From: an uncultured Nitrospiraceae bacterium
Lineage (GTDB): Bacteria > Nitrospirota > Thermodesulfovibrionia > Thermodesulfovibrionales > UBA6898
Length of the DNA: 64,000 nt
NCBI GenBank assembly: GCA_963811165.1
Contig: CAWEQH010000008.1
Location: 416,001 to 480,000, forward strand
Reading direction: 5' to 3'
Both the position numbers and the translations under genes were made by a program. The notes under the pieces were generated by a model that saw nothing but the letters and a program-made list of their open reading frames with translations, did no database searches and was not told the DNA's origin. This document shows positions 38,252 through 49,173 of this stretch, piece by piece. Positions within the stretch are counted from its first letter, which is position 1; every line of letters starts with the position of its first letter.

Positions 38252-39198
38252 TGATGATATCTGTGGTAATACCTCTTTTTAACGAAGAAGAGAACGTCCC
38301 TGAACTCCACCAGAGGGTGAAGTCGGTGATGGAATCTCTCGGGGAGAAATACGAAGTCATATACGTTGACGACGGGAGCACGGATTCGACCCTTCCCCGG
38401 CTTGAGCAGATCAGGGCACAGGACGGAAATGTGGTCGTCATCAGCTTCAGGAGGAACTTCGGGCAGACCGCCGCGTTTGCCGCCGGGTTCGACTACGCGC
38501 GTGGGGAGGTGGTCGTCACCCTTGACGGCGACCTTCAAAACGATCCGGGCGACATCCCCCGACTTCTGGAGGCGATCAAAGACAACGATATCGTAAGCGG
38601 TTGGAGGAAGGAGAGGAAAGACCCGTTTCTTTCGAGGAGGCTCCCTTCGATCCTTGCCAACCGGCTCATTAGCTGGGTGACGGGAGTGAAACTCCATGAC
38701 TACGGATGCTCTTTAAAGGCATATCGAAGCGAGGTGATCAAGAACATGAACCTCTACGGAGAGATGCACAGGTTCATCCCCGCGATCGCAAACTGGTACG
38801 GCGTAAAGATCGCAGAGGTCGGGACTACACATCATCCGAGGCTGAGGGGAAAATCGAAGTACGGGATTTCGCGGACCGTAAAGGTGTTTCTGGACCTGAT
38901 CACGGTGAAGTTCCTGCAGAGCTTTTCGACGAAACCGATTCAGTTCTTCGGTCCGGTGGGGCTGGCCAGCGGGGCGGCCGGCTTCCTCATCTCGCTCTAC
39001 CTGAGTGTCGGAAAGATATTTTTCGGCAGGGACATCGGCGGCAGGCCGCTTCTGCTTTTGGGCGTGCTCCTGATCATCGTTGGTATCCAGTTCATCGGGA
39101 TGGGGCTTTTGGGGGAGATGATGGTAAGGGTATACCACGAGTCCCAGAAGAAGCCGATATACGTGATAAAAAAGATCAGCGGCCATGAAGATAAATAG
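38251..39198 (+). CDS. GT2 polyprenol-phosphate glycosyltransferase (ArnC/GtrB-like)
   Basis: SVVIPLFNEE, VDDGSTD, RNFGQTAA and DGDLQNDP motifs; two C-terminal TM helices. Confidence 0.92.
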   Translation: MMISVVIPLFNEEENVPELHQRVKSVMESLGEKYEVIYVDDGSTDSTLPRLEQIRAQDGNVVVISFRRNFGQTAAFAAGFDYARGEVVVTLDGDLQNDPGDIPRLLEAIKDNDIVSGWRKERKDPFLSRRLPSILANRLISWVTGVKLHDYGCSLKAYRSEVIKNMNLYGEMHRFIPAIANWYGVKIAEVGTTHHPRLRGKSKYGISRTVKVFLDLITVKFLQSFSTKPIQFFGPVGLASGAAGFLISLYLSVGKIFFGRDIGGRPLLLLGVLLIIVGIQFIGMGLLGEMMVRVYHESQKKPIYVIKKISGHEDK

Positions 39199-40093
39199 GG
39201 CCGCGTTTTTCGCCTTTAAATTATTAGTCAGCGCCCTCTCTCTCTATGTCGTTTTTTTAAAGGCCGACCTGAACCAGATAATTGCGATGTTACGGAAGAT
39301 AGGTCTTGTGCCGTTCCTGTTCGCCGCCCTTCTTTACATAGTGGGCATATGCGGCGCGACATTGAGGTGGAAGCTTCTTCTTCCGGAGAGGTTTACGTTC
39401 CGAAGGCTCTTTTCGCTCTACATGATAGGCTCTTTCTTCAGTACGTTTCTGCCCGGGGTGATCGGCGGCGACGTGGTGAAGGCCTATTATCTGAACAAGG
39501 ACGCAAAAAAATTGAGTCTCACGCTCGCCTCTGTTTTTATGGACAGGTATCTGGGATATGTGGCCCTTATGACCATAGGTATGACCGCGTATCCTTTTTC
39601 GCTGCGGTTCTTCGGAGCGTCTGTATACAAATGGATCATGCCGTCGATATGCGCTGCCTTTGTGATCGGGAGTGTCCTTTTTTTCAGACTCAGGCTCGGC
39701 AAGAGGTTCAAGACGGTATCTGAGTTTTATGATTACTTTATCATGATGAAGTCAAGAAAAGGCGTCATTGCGAAGGCTATCGTGATATCGCTGGGCATAC
39801 AGGTTATGGGCCTTCTGGCGGTCGCCGTGCTCGCGTCGGCCATGGGGGAAAAGATCCCGCTCCTTCTGCTGTTCGTTTTTCTGCCCATTATCGTCACGAT
39901 CACTACCATCCCCATCTCTATAGCGGGTCTGGGGGTGAGGGAAGGCGCATTTGTACTGCTTCTGGGCCTTATCGGGATCAAACCCGCAGTTGCTACTTCG
40001 CTTTCCCTGTCGTGGTTTTTTTCGAGCTTTGCAGGCAGCATCCCGGGGCTGTTCGCATATATAAGACATACCGGCAGTCTGGGCAAGGAATGA
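39185..40093 (+). CDS. Lysylphosphatidylglycerol synthase TM domain / flippase-like membrane protein
   Basis: LRWKLLL, FLPGVIGGDVVK and IPISIAGLGVREG motifs. Confidence 0.85.
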   Translation: MKINRAAFFAFKLLVSALSLYVVFLKADLNQIIAMLRKIGLVPFLFAALLYIVGICGATLRWKLLLPERFTFRRLFSLYMIGSFFSTFLPGVIGGDVVKAYYLNKDAKKLSLTLASVFMDRYLGYVALMTIGMTAYPFSLRFFGASVYKWIMPSICAAFVIGSVLFFRLRLGKRFKTVSEFYDYFIMMKSRKGVIAKAIVISLGIQVMGLLAVAVLASAMGEKIPLLLLFVFLPIIVTITTIPISIAGLGVREGAFVLLLGLIGIKPAVATSLSLSWFFSSFAGSIPGLFAYIRHTGSLGKE

Positions 40094-40120
40094 TATGTCA
40101 ATGGAATGCTCTCATACGGA

Positions 40121-40203
40121 AATCATAACTCCCCTTTTACCCCCTCTTATCTTAAGAGGGGGAGAGGTGCCATGCCTGCGGGCAGGGAGCCTGGGGGCGT
40201 TAC
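40121..40203 (+). repeat. Family B repeat, copy 3
   Basis: AATCATAACTCCCCTTTTACCCCCTCTTATCTTAAGAGGGGGAGAGG...GGGGGCGTTAC. Confidence 0.75.
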
Positions 40204-40209
40204 TTACTA

Positions 40210-41568
40210 ATGGACAATAAGCACCCCGAAGACTCCGACAAGAAATATATCTGGCATCCCTTTACCCAGATGAAGGAATGGGCGGATGAAAAACAGGTCA
40301 TCATCGCAGAGGGAAAGGGCTGTCATCTCATCGACATAGAAGGCAGGATGTACCTGGACGGCGTTTCTTCGCTTTGGGTGAACATCCACGGCCATAGGAA
40401 AAAAGAGATCGATGAGGCGATCAAGGGCCAGATAGACAAGATATCTCATTCGACACTCCTGGGGCTTAGCAATCTGCCGGCAATAGAACTGGCGGAAAGG
40501 CTGGCCGGGATCATCGGCAGGGGCATGGCATGCCATGCCCCTGCAAAGGTCTTTTATTCGGATAACGGCTCAACGTCCGTTGAGGTCGCCCTCAAGATGG
40601 CGTTTCAGTACTGCAAGCGTAAAGGGTTTACGAAGAAGGAGCGGTTCCTTTCGCTCAATAACGCCTATCACGGAGACACGCTCGGGGCAGTGAGCGTCGG
40701 GGGCGTCGAAATCTTCCATAGCGCCTTCGGCCCCTTGCTGTTTAAGACGTACAGGGCGCCATCGCCATATTGCTACCGCTGCGAACTGGATATGAAATAT
40801 CCCGGCTGCGGCCTCGCCTGCCTTTTGAAGATGGAAGAAATCCTCTCCGCCCATCACGAAGATATTGCCGCCCTGATCATAGAACCGCTTGTCCAGGCGG
40901 CAGGCGGGATGATCGTCTCCCCCGAGGGTTACCTCAAAGGCGCAAGGGAGTTATGTGCGAAGTACGATGTCCTCTTCATTGCCGACGAGGTCGCCACAGG
41001 CTTCGGCCGGACAGGTAAGATGTTTGCGTGCGAACACGAATCCGTGGTCCCCGATATGATCTGTCTTTCTAAGGGCATTACGGGAGGGTACCTTCCCCTG
41101 GCGGTGACGGTCGCCTCGGAAGAGATCTATAATGCGTTCCTCGGGGAATTCAGGGACTTAAAGACCTTCTTCCACGGCCACTCCTATACAGGCAATCCCC
41201 TGGGATGCGCGGCCGCGCTGGCATGCCTTGAGATATTCGATAATGAAAAAACCCTCGAAAAGCTCCGTCCCAAAGTGCAGATCCTCGAAGACTGGCTTAG
41301 GGAGATATCAGGCATGGACCATGTCGGCGATGCAAGGAGCAAAGGTCTGATGGCCGGAGTCGAACTCGTAATGGACAAGGAGACGAAAAGACCTTACCCA
41401 TGGGAGGAAAAGACGGGCTGGCGCATCTGCCACCACGTCAGAGAGAAAGGAATACTCATCAGGCCGCTTGGAAACGTAGTAGTGATCATGCCGCCGCTGA
41501 GCATCTCAGCTGATGACCTCACCTACATGCTCGCAAAGATCAAAGAGGCGATAGCCGAGGTGACATGA
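40210..41568 (+). CDS. bioA: Adenosylmethionine-8-amino-7-oxononanoate transaminase
   Basis: IWHPFTQM, DGVSSLWVNIHGH, YHGDT, DEVATGFGRTG, SKGITGGY and HGHSYTGNP motifs. Confidence 0.95.
   Translation: MDNKHPEDSDKKYIWHPFTQMKEWADEKQVIIAEGKGCHLIDIEGRMYLDGVSSLWVNIHGHRKKEIDEAIKGQIDKISHSTLLGLSNLPAIELAERLAGIIGRGMACHAPAKVFYSDNGSTSVEVALKMAFQYCKRKGFTKKERFLSLNNAYHGDTLGAVSVGGVEIFHSAFGPLLFKTYRAPSPYCYRCELDMKYPGCGLACLLKMEEILSAHHEDIAALIIEPLVQAAGGMIVSPEGYLKGARELCAKYDVLFIADEVATGFGRTGKMFACEHESVVPDMICLSKGITGGYLPLAVTVASEEIYNAFLGEFRDLKTFFHGHSYTGNPLGCAAALACLEIFDNEKTLEKLRPKVQILEDWLREISGMDHVGDARSKGLMAGVELVMDKETKRPYPWEEKTGWRICHHVREKGILIRPLGNVVVIMPPLSISADDLTYMLAKIKEAIAEVT
40517..40544. repeat. Perfect 28-bp palindrome (family A REP), in frame within bioA
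   Basis: GCAGGGGCATGGCATGCCATGCCCCTGC; the same core is intergenic at 61820-61844. Confidence 0.85.
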
Positions 41569-41585
41569 GAACGCAATCAGCCAAT

Positions 41586-41765
41586 TACCCACCCAACCCC
41601 CCGCTCCCCCCTTATCAGGGGGGCAATGAAGATGTCCCTTCCTCGATCAGGGGGCAAGCGCAATGTTCCTGCCCTTGATAAGGGGGAGCAAGAGCTGTAT
41701 TTTTCCCTTGATAAAAGTGGTAAGGGTGATTTTCCTCCCTTGATAAGGGGAGGGTAGGAGGGGTT
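41586..41765. repeat. Array of five degenerate palindromic units (CCCTTGATAAGGG core), ~32-nt period
   Basis: Units at ~41606, 41635, 41666, 41701 and 41734 with short, non-identical linkers. Confidence 0.75.
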
Positions 41766-41766
41766 T

Positions 41767-42219
41767 ATGAGCAAAAAATCGATCGCGTTGCTGATGCTCC
41801 TGATCATCTCTCCGGTGATCATATATTTTATCTGGCCGACCGACGAGGGCAGAATAAAGAAGCTCTTTAGAGAAGGCGCCAGGGCCGTTGAGGCGAGGAA
41901 GGTGGATGACGTCATATCAAAGGTGTCCTATAACTATACCGACCGGCACGGACTGAGTTATCTTGCCCTTAAACAGGGCCTGGAGAGGGAATTTAAACTT
42001 ATGAGCAATATCAGGATCGAGTACGATATTACGCAACTTGAGGTAAGAGACAAGACCGCTACGGCCGGTATCGATCTGAGGGTCATCGCGACGCGTGGGA
42101 ACGACACGGGATATTTTATCGGTGATGCCGCCAAACCCCTTTCCATGAAATTCTTCCTGGAAAAAGAGCGGATGAAGTGGCTCATCGTGAGTTCGGAAGG
42201 CGGCCCTGTTTTAGAATAG
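41767..42219 (+). CDS. Membrane-anchored hypothetical protein (possible NTF2-like fold)
   Basis: N-terminal TM helix followed by an alpha/beta domain; SD GGAGG. Confidence 0.65.
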   Translation: MSKKSIALLMLLIISPVIIYFIWPTDEGRIKKLFREGARAVEARKVDDVISKVSYNYTDRHGLSYLALKQGLEREFKLMSNIRIEYDITQLEVRDKTATAGIDLRVIATRGNDTGYFIGDAAKPLSMKFFLEKERMKWLIVSSEGGPVLE

Positions 42220-42363
42220 CCTTGCAGTTGTAATGAAGCGGCTGTTCAGTATCGCCGCTTTGAAGCGCTTTTGCAAACCTGATATAATAAGGCCCATAAT
42301 TGTGAAAAAGGGTGACGTTCCTGGTCCCTTAGAACTTCTCAAAAACACGAAAGGAGTCCGGAA

Positions 42364-42990
42364 ATGAAACGGTCAATACAGATTGCTACGCTTATTATTC
42401 TTGCATTGCCGCTCGGCTTCCCGCAGGCGGCGCTGTCCGAGGTAAGGATTTACCTTAATAACGGAAGGGACATTGTTGCAGACAGCTGCAGCGACTCGAA
42501 TGGGAAGCTCGTCTGCGAAAAAATGGGCGGGACTTTCGAGATCGATAAAAAGGATATCTTGGATACAAAGGGGATAACCATAGATCACACTGCTTCTCCC
42601 AAAGATGCTGAAGCTCCTGAAGACAGGAAAGGACAGGACGCGGTAAAAGATGGTAAAGAACCGGTCAAGTCTGAAACAGAAACGAAGGGCGCCAAAAAGC
42701 AGCCCGAAGGGGTCCCGATTATTGGGCTGAAGCCGGAAGACGAAGAAAGGCTCGGCCAGATAGACCGGAAGAAGCTGGAGATGAAAAATGAAAGGCAGAG
42801 GCTTATCACGGAGCAGGAAAAGCTCCATGAAGACATCAAGGTTACCGGCATGGTAAAAACACAGGCCCAGCTCGATGCAATAAAAAGCCGAATTAAAGAC
42901 CTCGAAACCCGGATCATTAAGTTTAACGAGGACGCAAAGAAGCTGAACGACGAGGAGAAAAATATCATTGAAGGGAACAAGAACAAGTAG
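42364..42990 (+). CDS. Secreted hypothetical protein with a C-terminal coiled coil
   Basis: Signal peptide, IYLNNGR beta domain, heptad tail; SD AAGGAG. Confidence 0.7.
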   Translation: MKRSIQIATLIILALPLGFPQAALSEVRIYLNNGRDIVADSCSDSNGKLVCEKMGGTFEIDKKDILDTKGITIDHTASPKDAEAPEDRKGQDAVKDGKEPVKSETETKGAKKQPEGVPIIGLKPEDEERLGQIDRKKLEMKNERQRLITEQEKLHEDIKVTGMVKTQAQLDAIKSRIKDLETRIIKFNEDAKKLNDEEKNIIEGNKNK

Positions 42991-43098
42991 CGCTGGATTG
43001 TGTAACTTATTTCATAATTAGGAGGCTGGCTACATAGTTTGTTCTGATCATTGGATATCTTATCCCTTAGAAACAAGGTGTTATGAAGAATATTTTTT

Positions 43099-43114
43099 TG
43101 GCATTTGCATTGCT
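43099..43114 (+). promoter_or_regulatory. sigma54 (-24/-12) promoter upstream of the pilus minor-pilin cluster
   Basis: TGGCATTTGCATTGCT, canonical GG-N10-GC. Confidence 0.65.
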
Positions 43115-43161
43115 TAATCATGAAGACAGTCTGATTATTTTTCTGACAAAGGGAGGCGGTC

Positions 43162-43479
43162 ATGAATAGAAGAAATTATATAATAACGCTGGCAATCGGT
43201 TGCTTGTTGGTCCTCCTTGTATCCGGTGCTGTTTTTTCCGCCGAAAAGATGAAGGGAGGAGGTCTTTTAACATCAACAGAAGATGACGGGACAGTCATTA
43301 TTAGAGATGTAAAGGGCCATTCGAACGGCTATCTGTTGTCTCCCTCAGTTATCGTCCAGGATCTCCGAGGGAGACAGATATCACTGAGAGACATCCCGCT
43401 TCCTCACTATGTGTCTTTTGAATACGAGTATCCTCGAGGGGGCTTTATGATTACTTTGATAAAAGAAACTGCGGCATAG
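43162..43479 (+). CDS. Small secreted hypothetical protein, first gene of the pil cluster
   Basis: SD GGAGG; signal peptide. Confidence 0.7.
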   Translation: MNRRNYIITLAIGCLLVLLVSGAVFSAEKMKGGGLLTSTEDDGTVIIRDVKGHSNGYLLSPSVIVQDLRGRQISLRDIPLPHYVSFEYEYPRGGFMITLIKETAA

Positions 43480-43493
43480 ATGGAGGTACTACG

Positions 43494-46400
43494 GTGAAGA
43501 GCAGAAAAAATATTCCGTTTGCTGTATTAGGCGTTTTCCTGTGCGCTTTTCTGATGCTGTCTGCCCGGGCAGAGGCCAATCCACCGTCTCAGCTTGGTTA
43601 CTGTATTCAGCCGCCTTTTATTGTGGCCCCCAAGCAGCCGAATGTTCTCGTTATCCTGGACAATTCGGGCAGTATGAACTGCCTTGCATACCAAACCGAC
43701 TACGACCCCACGCAATTTACTACCGGCACTTATTACGGATATTTTGATCCGGCCAAGAATTATCAATACTATACATCCGGCTCTCCCACTACGACTAATC
43801 CAAACAGATGGATACCGACCGCTGCTGCAATGAACACCGGGACTGCGGCAAATCCGATTGCAAGCGGCAACCTGCTTAACTGGATAACTATGTCAAGACA
43901 AGACATTGCAAAGAGACTCCTGATAGGCGGCAGGGCGGGTATAGGCACACCTTCCGGCTCCAGCACTGTTTATGCCGACTCATACAACCCCTGCGACCGC
44001 TCCACCGTTGCTACGACGAGTTGCCCTTCGGGTCCGTACCCGTCTTCGGTGAAGCTGTACGCCAACAGCAACGCGACGACCGGCCTTTCGTGTGCAACGA
44101 ATGTTAAGAGATATGATGGCACGAGCACCAACCTCATATACCCTTTTAACGCCGACTATAACTATACCGTTAAAACAACGGACTCATCCTCTCCTCAGTC
44201 CAGCGATCCCCCGATACGTTCCGTATAACGTTTGCTGACCCAAATACAATAAAATTGTATCCAAATCGGACTTACCCTGGCAGTAATCCTGTTTATTCTT
44301 TTCCTGCTACATGGTTAAAGTGGTCTACTTGCGCAACTACGTCTTCATCAGCTGACCCGTATACTCTTGTAGACGAAACAACTGCCAATACTTCGGATTG
44401 TATAACCAATCGAACAGGGGCGGCCAATGTTGCAACAGACCAGGCGTTATTTGACTACGATCGCACAAACGCTACCCTGCTGGCAGCCTCGGGCACCATC
44501 AGCAGTATCGCTATCCATGCATATGCCAAGAAGACCGGATCCTCCACGCTGAATCTTCAGGGAGTGCTGTGGATGAATATTCCTCTTTTGCCGGATTCGA
44601 TTCAGCCTTCGGCGAAAGTGGCATTAACTACTAGTTGGCAGGACATTACATTTGACTATCCATTGAATCCCATGACAGGCGCACCCTGGCAATGGAGCGA
44701 CTTAACCGGCACTACTTCTGCGACAGGTCCGAACAGGGTGAAGGCCTTCGGGGTCCAGGCATATGGGGCCTCAGCGCTGTCATCTAGTTTCTATCCCTCG
44801 GTAAGCCAGGTTTACATACAGGTAAACGTCACCTCCTATGCTGGAGGGCCATATAACATTATCGTAGACCAGGGGACCACGCCGACATCGGGGATACTTG
44901 ATTCCATGAGCAGTGAAGTCAGGTTCGGACTGGCCCAATACAGTACCAGTGGAAGTGGCGGGAAGATAGCCGATACCAGCGCAACAACCCCCACGTATGT
45001 CAATTCCGGCAATGTCCCGAACATTATTAAGTCAATCAGCAATACTCTGGGTTCAACCAGCACTCCCCTAGCGGAGACCCTTTATGAAATGGAGAGGTAT
45101 TTCGGTCAGTATTCAACGTATTACACCAGTTCAGACTATACAATGGGTTGCACCACTGCAACAAATGGCGCTTCCAACTGTACAGGTCATAGCGTAAACA
45201 CCAATGACCCATATTATTATGGAGGTACCATTAACCAATATGTGCCATGTACCCAGTCATATATCCTGCTGTTGACGGACGGGGAATCAAATAGTGATAC
45301 GAGTCTTCCCGGAACAGCTACAACCCCGCCCTACGCTCCTTGTTCCGTCACGAATATAAAAGGGTGTTCAGGTTCCGGGACTCTTCCCCGCCCCACCAGA
45401 TATGGCGGGACCACGATTGGACAGACGTATACCGGTTCAGGCTCGGATTATCTTATAGATGTGGCATACTGGGGAAGGGCAAGCGACATGCGCACCGGAG
45501 CAACCGATCTGCCGACCAACTGGCAGCAAGGGCTCCCGAAAGCTCAGAACGTCTACCTTTACAATGTATTCCTGTTCGGCAGCGGTTCGACGCTCCTGCA
45601 GGATGCTTCAATTTACGGCGGGTTCCAGGACATTAACGGCAACGGACAGCCTGACTGTACCACAATTCCCTCGGAATGCTATCGGGACAGCAATGGCGAC
45701 GGCCTTATTACTTCCGTAAGGCACAGTTTCTGTTCAAATCAGGCCCCTACTTATGCCACAACCTGCTTAACTGACGCTGACTGCCCTGCGGGTGGGACCT
45801 GTCTTGAACCTGATGCTCCAATTACCTATTACGAGGGCGATGATGGGTATAAACTGCAGGCGAGCATAACGGCTGCGCTAACCGAAATATTGAAGAGGGC
45901 GGCGTCGGGGACCGCGGCCTCGGTTCTGGCCTCAGGACAGGGCAGTGGAGCTAACCTTATGCAGGCCATTTTTTACCCCAAGCGGTCCTTAAGCGGCCAG
46001 TCCGATATTATGTGGACCGGCACGCTTGAAAACCTTTGGTATTATCTCAATACTTCAACAGGCTCGAGCACCATCAGGGAGAACACGGCGGACACGGGCT
46101 CAACCTATCAATTGGACCTCAATTTAGACCGCATCGTCCAATTTTTCTTTGACGATACAAGCCAAATGACCAAGGCGAACCTCTTTTCTGACGCAAACGC
46201 CGATGGCTCCTGCCGATAGTGCGACCCCCGTCTCAGTTGTCGATGCGACCAACCTCAAATTCCTGTGGGAGGCGGGGTTGATGCTCTGGAACACAGATGC
46301 CAGCAGCAGGACGATCTATACGAACACAGGCTGCAGCTGCGCCGACACTACGGCCTGTCCGACCTCCACCTGCGCTGCAACAACAAATGCCTTTGACGGG

Positions 46401-48664
46401 ATGACGGAGTTCAAGACAGCGAATCTCACCGGGACCACACCTACGCTCAAGAGTCTGTTGAACACAGACTATACTGTGGGACCGGGATCGGCCAAAGGAC
46501 AGCCGCGAATAATACGACAGTGGCCCAAAATATAATCAACTATGTGAGGGGTGTCGATATTGCTCCTGTCACATTGACGACTCCGACTGAGACCATTTCT
46601 TACAGGTCCAGATCGACAGCTATTGACTTGAACAATAACGGCACGATCACTGATGCTAGTGTACCTATGCCCATGGGAGGGCCGAATTGGAGCGAAGCGA
46701 GCAAGGTCTGGAAGCTGGGTGACATCATCAATTCGACACCGCGCGTGGCATCGTGGATACCTTTGAACCTCTACGACAAAACGTACAGTGACCAAACGTA
46801 TGCCACTTTTGTCGGATCATCGGGTTACAAAGGCAGGGGCATGGTGTTTTCAGGAGCCAACGACGGCATGCTTCATGCCTTCAAACTCGGCACGCTCGAT
46901 CTGACCAGATCCGGAAATATTATGGCAAAGCTCTGCGAGGACACCAATGGGAATGGCATATGCGACTCGGGCGAGACCACCAAAGTCGACCTTGGAAAAG
47001 AACAATGGGCGTTTATACCTAAGAGCGCCCTGTCGTATCTGCAGTATCTTGCCAGGACGGATTACTGCCACCTCTACTATGTCGATTCCACCCCTTATCT
47101 CTTTGATGCGAGCATAGAGGCGCCGGGCGTCCATACAAGCGATTACTGGACGCAAACCAAAACGCAAGACTCATGGAGAACGGTGCTGATCGGCGGCACG
47201 AGGCTCGGCGGCGCTTGCAGCGGTCCCAGCTATTGCAGGCTGATCGCCTCGCCGTTTACAGTAACGACGACGATATGCAGTGACGACTCCGACTGCGCAA
47301 CAGGACAGCTGCGCTAAAACAACGAATACGGTTGGAGCGCCTGCAATCAATCAAGGGTATTCATCATATTTTGCCCTTGATATCACTAATCCCACGGCGC
47401 CGGAACTGATGTGGGAATTTACAAATCCAAACCTCGGCGCTGCATTCAGCGGCCCGGCGATTGTGAAAATAAACGCCAGGACTTCAGACGGGACGAACCC
47501 GAGCACTGCCGATGTAACCAAGGACGGGAAATGGTTTGTTGTCTTTGCATCCGGACCTACCGGCCCGGTGGGGAATTCATTGTTCAAAGGATTTTCCAAC
47601 CAGAACCTCAGACTCTTTGTTCTTGACCTGAAAACAGGAAGCCTGCTCCGTACTATAGATACGGGTATCGCAAATGCTTTGGCGGTTCCCTGAACAACGC
47701 GACTATCGATTATAATTTCGAATACCAGGATGACGCCTTGTACCTTGGCTATACTAAATCGGAAGACGCAATACCTTCAGGTACCACGGCGTGGACCAAG
47801 GGCGGAGTGCTGCGCCTTATCACCAGGAAGGACCTCCACGGCTATGATGTCTCGCCGACAGCAACGGCAGCGAATCATGGTACGGCGCTGAACCCTGCAA
47901 ACTGGCTTGTGAGCAAGGTCGTCGACAACATAGGCCCGGTGACTTCCTCGGTCGCGCATCTTGCCCATTATTCCGCTTCGTACGGCACAACTCCCGACGC
48001 GGTATACCTCTACTTAGGCTCCGGCCGATATTTTTACCCCTTCGATGATACGATGAACCAGCGTACGCTCTATGGTTTCAAGGATCCCTGCCTTACAAGT
48101 TAATAAGGCCCATTATTCTAAACACGGACCCCGTATGTGACGACAACGGCGGGACTCCTGTGACCTGCACTTTTACATCAGCGCCGCTAAAGGACTTTTT
48201 CGATCCGCAGGCTATGAAGGACGCGACTTCAAATTCATCTTACCAGGGCGCAGATGTGACAAATGGGTGGTATATAAACCTCGATACCCCGGCAGGAACG
48301 GCGTACAGTGAACGGATGATCACCGACCCGCTTGCTGCCACGAACGGGGCTGTCTTTTTCACTGCATTCTCTCCGAATACGGATATTGTGCCTATGGCGG
48401 TTCCACTAATCTATGGGCCGTCAAATATGACACCGCTTCCGCGATCGGTTCATTAATTTCGGGTGTGGGATTGCTGCAGGTGTCGACCGGCTGCTATTGA
48501 TCAGATCGGCCTGGGCTCTAGTTTCGGCACTGACTCCTGATGTCAGCCACAGGCTGGGCCGGCGGACCGATTCCGTAGACGGGGTGCCGCCTACAGGCCA
48601 GGGGCTTTGGATAATAGTTCCTCCGAAACCGCTTGATACTATTTTGAGTATAAGGAAAAAATGA
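43494..48664 (+). CDS. pilY1: Type IV pilus adhesin PilY1 (vWA-like and beta-propeller), split by multiple frameshifts
   Basis: Fragments carry VILDNSGSM, TPLAETLYE, LLLTDGE, WKLGDIINSTP, GANDGMLHAF, EQWAFIP and GWYINL..ERMITDP. Stop TGA 48662-64 overlaps the next ATG. Confidence 0.85.
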
Positions 48665-49173
48665 AGAATAACCAGGGAGTCACATTGGTCGAGCTGCTGG
48701 TGGTTATTTCCGTGGTAGTCATACTTGCTGTGGCCCTCGGTTTTTCCTACCAGGGATGGCTTGGCAGATTCAGGGTCGAAAGCGCGGTGAAGCAGCTCCA
48801 TGCAGATTTGATGGATGCGAGGGGGCGGGCAATGCAGAGGAACTCTACTTACCTTGCAGATTTTCCTACAGCGACTACATACAGGATAGCCAATGATCTT
48901 AACGGCAACGGCGCTATCGACACTGCCCCGACCAATGAGGTCCTGCCGACATTCCCTAAGACTGTGGCATATCCCCTCGCCGGAGGCGTTCTCCTCACCT
49001 TCGATCCGCGGGGGCTCATATCCTCGGGCAATCCGCCGGTCCTCATCGGTGATCCGCTGAATCCGAATCCGGTCACCATAAGCCTTACATCCACGAATAC
49101 TCCGGATTACGACTGCGTTGTAATGTCCCAGTCAAGGATAAATATAGGGCTTATGGCGGGAGGGAGTCTGTAA
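48661..49173 (+). CDS. FimT/FimU-like minor pilin
   Basis: Prepilin motif QGVTLVELLVVI; GspH-like LTFDPRG. Confidence 0.85.
   Translation: MKNNQGVTLVELLVVISVVVILAVALGFSYQGWLGRFRVESAVKQLHADLMDARGRAMQRNSTYLADFPTATTYRIANDLNGNGAIDTAPTNEVLPTFPKTVAYPLAGGVLLTFDPRGLISSGNPPVLIGDPLNPNPVTISLTSTNTPDYDCVVMSQSRINIGLMAGGSL

Noticed and set aside
41586..41765. CRISPR array
   Set aside because: Repeats are degenerate, one is inverted, spacers are only ~10-14 nt, and there is no leader or cas gene. Kept as a palindromic repeat array.
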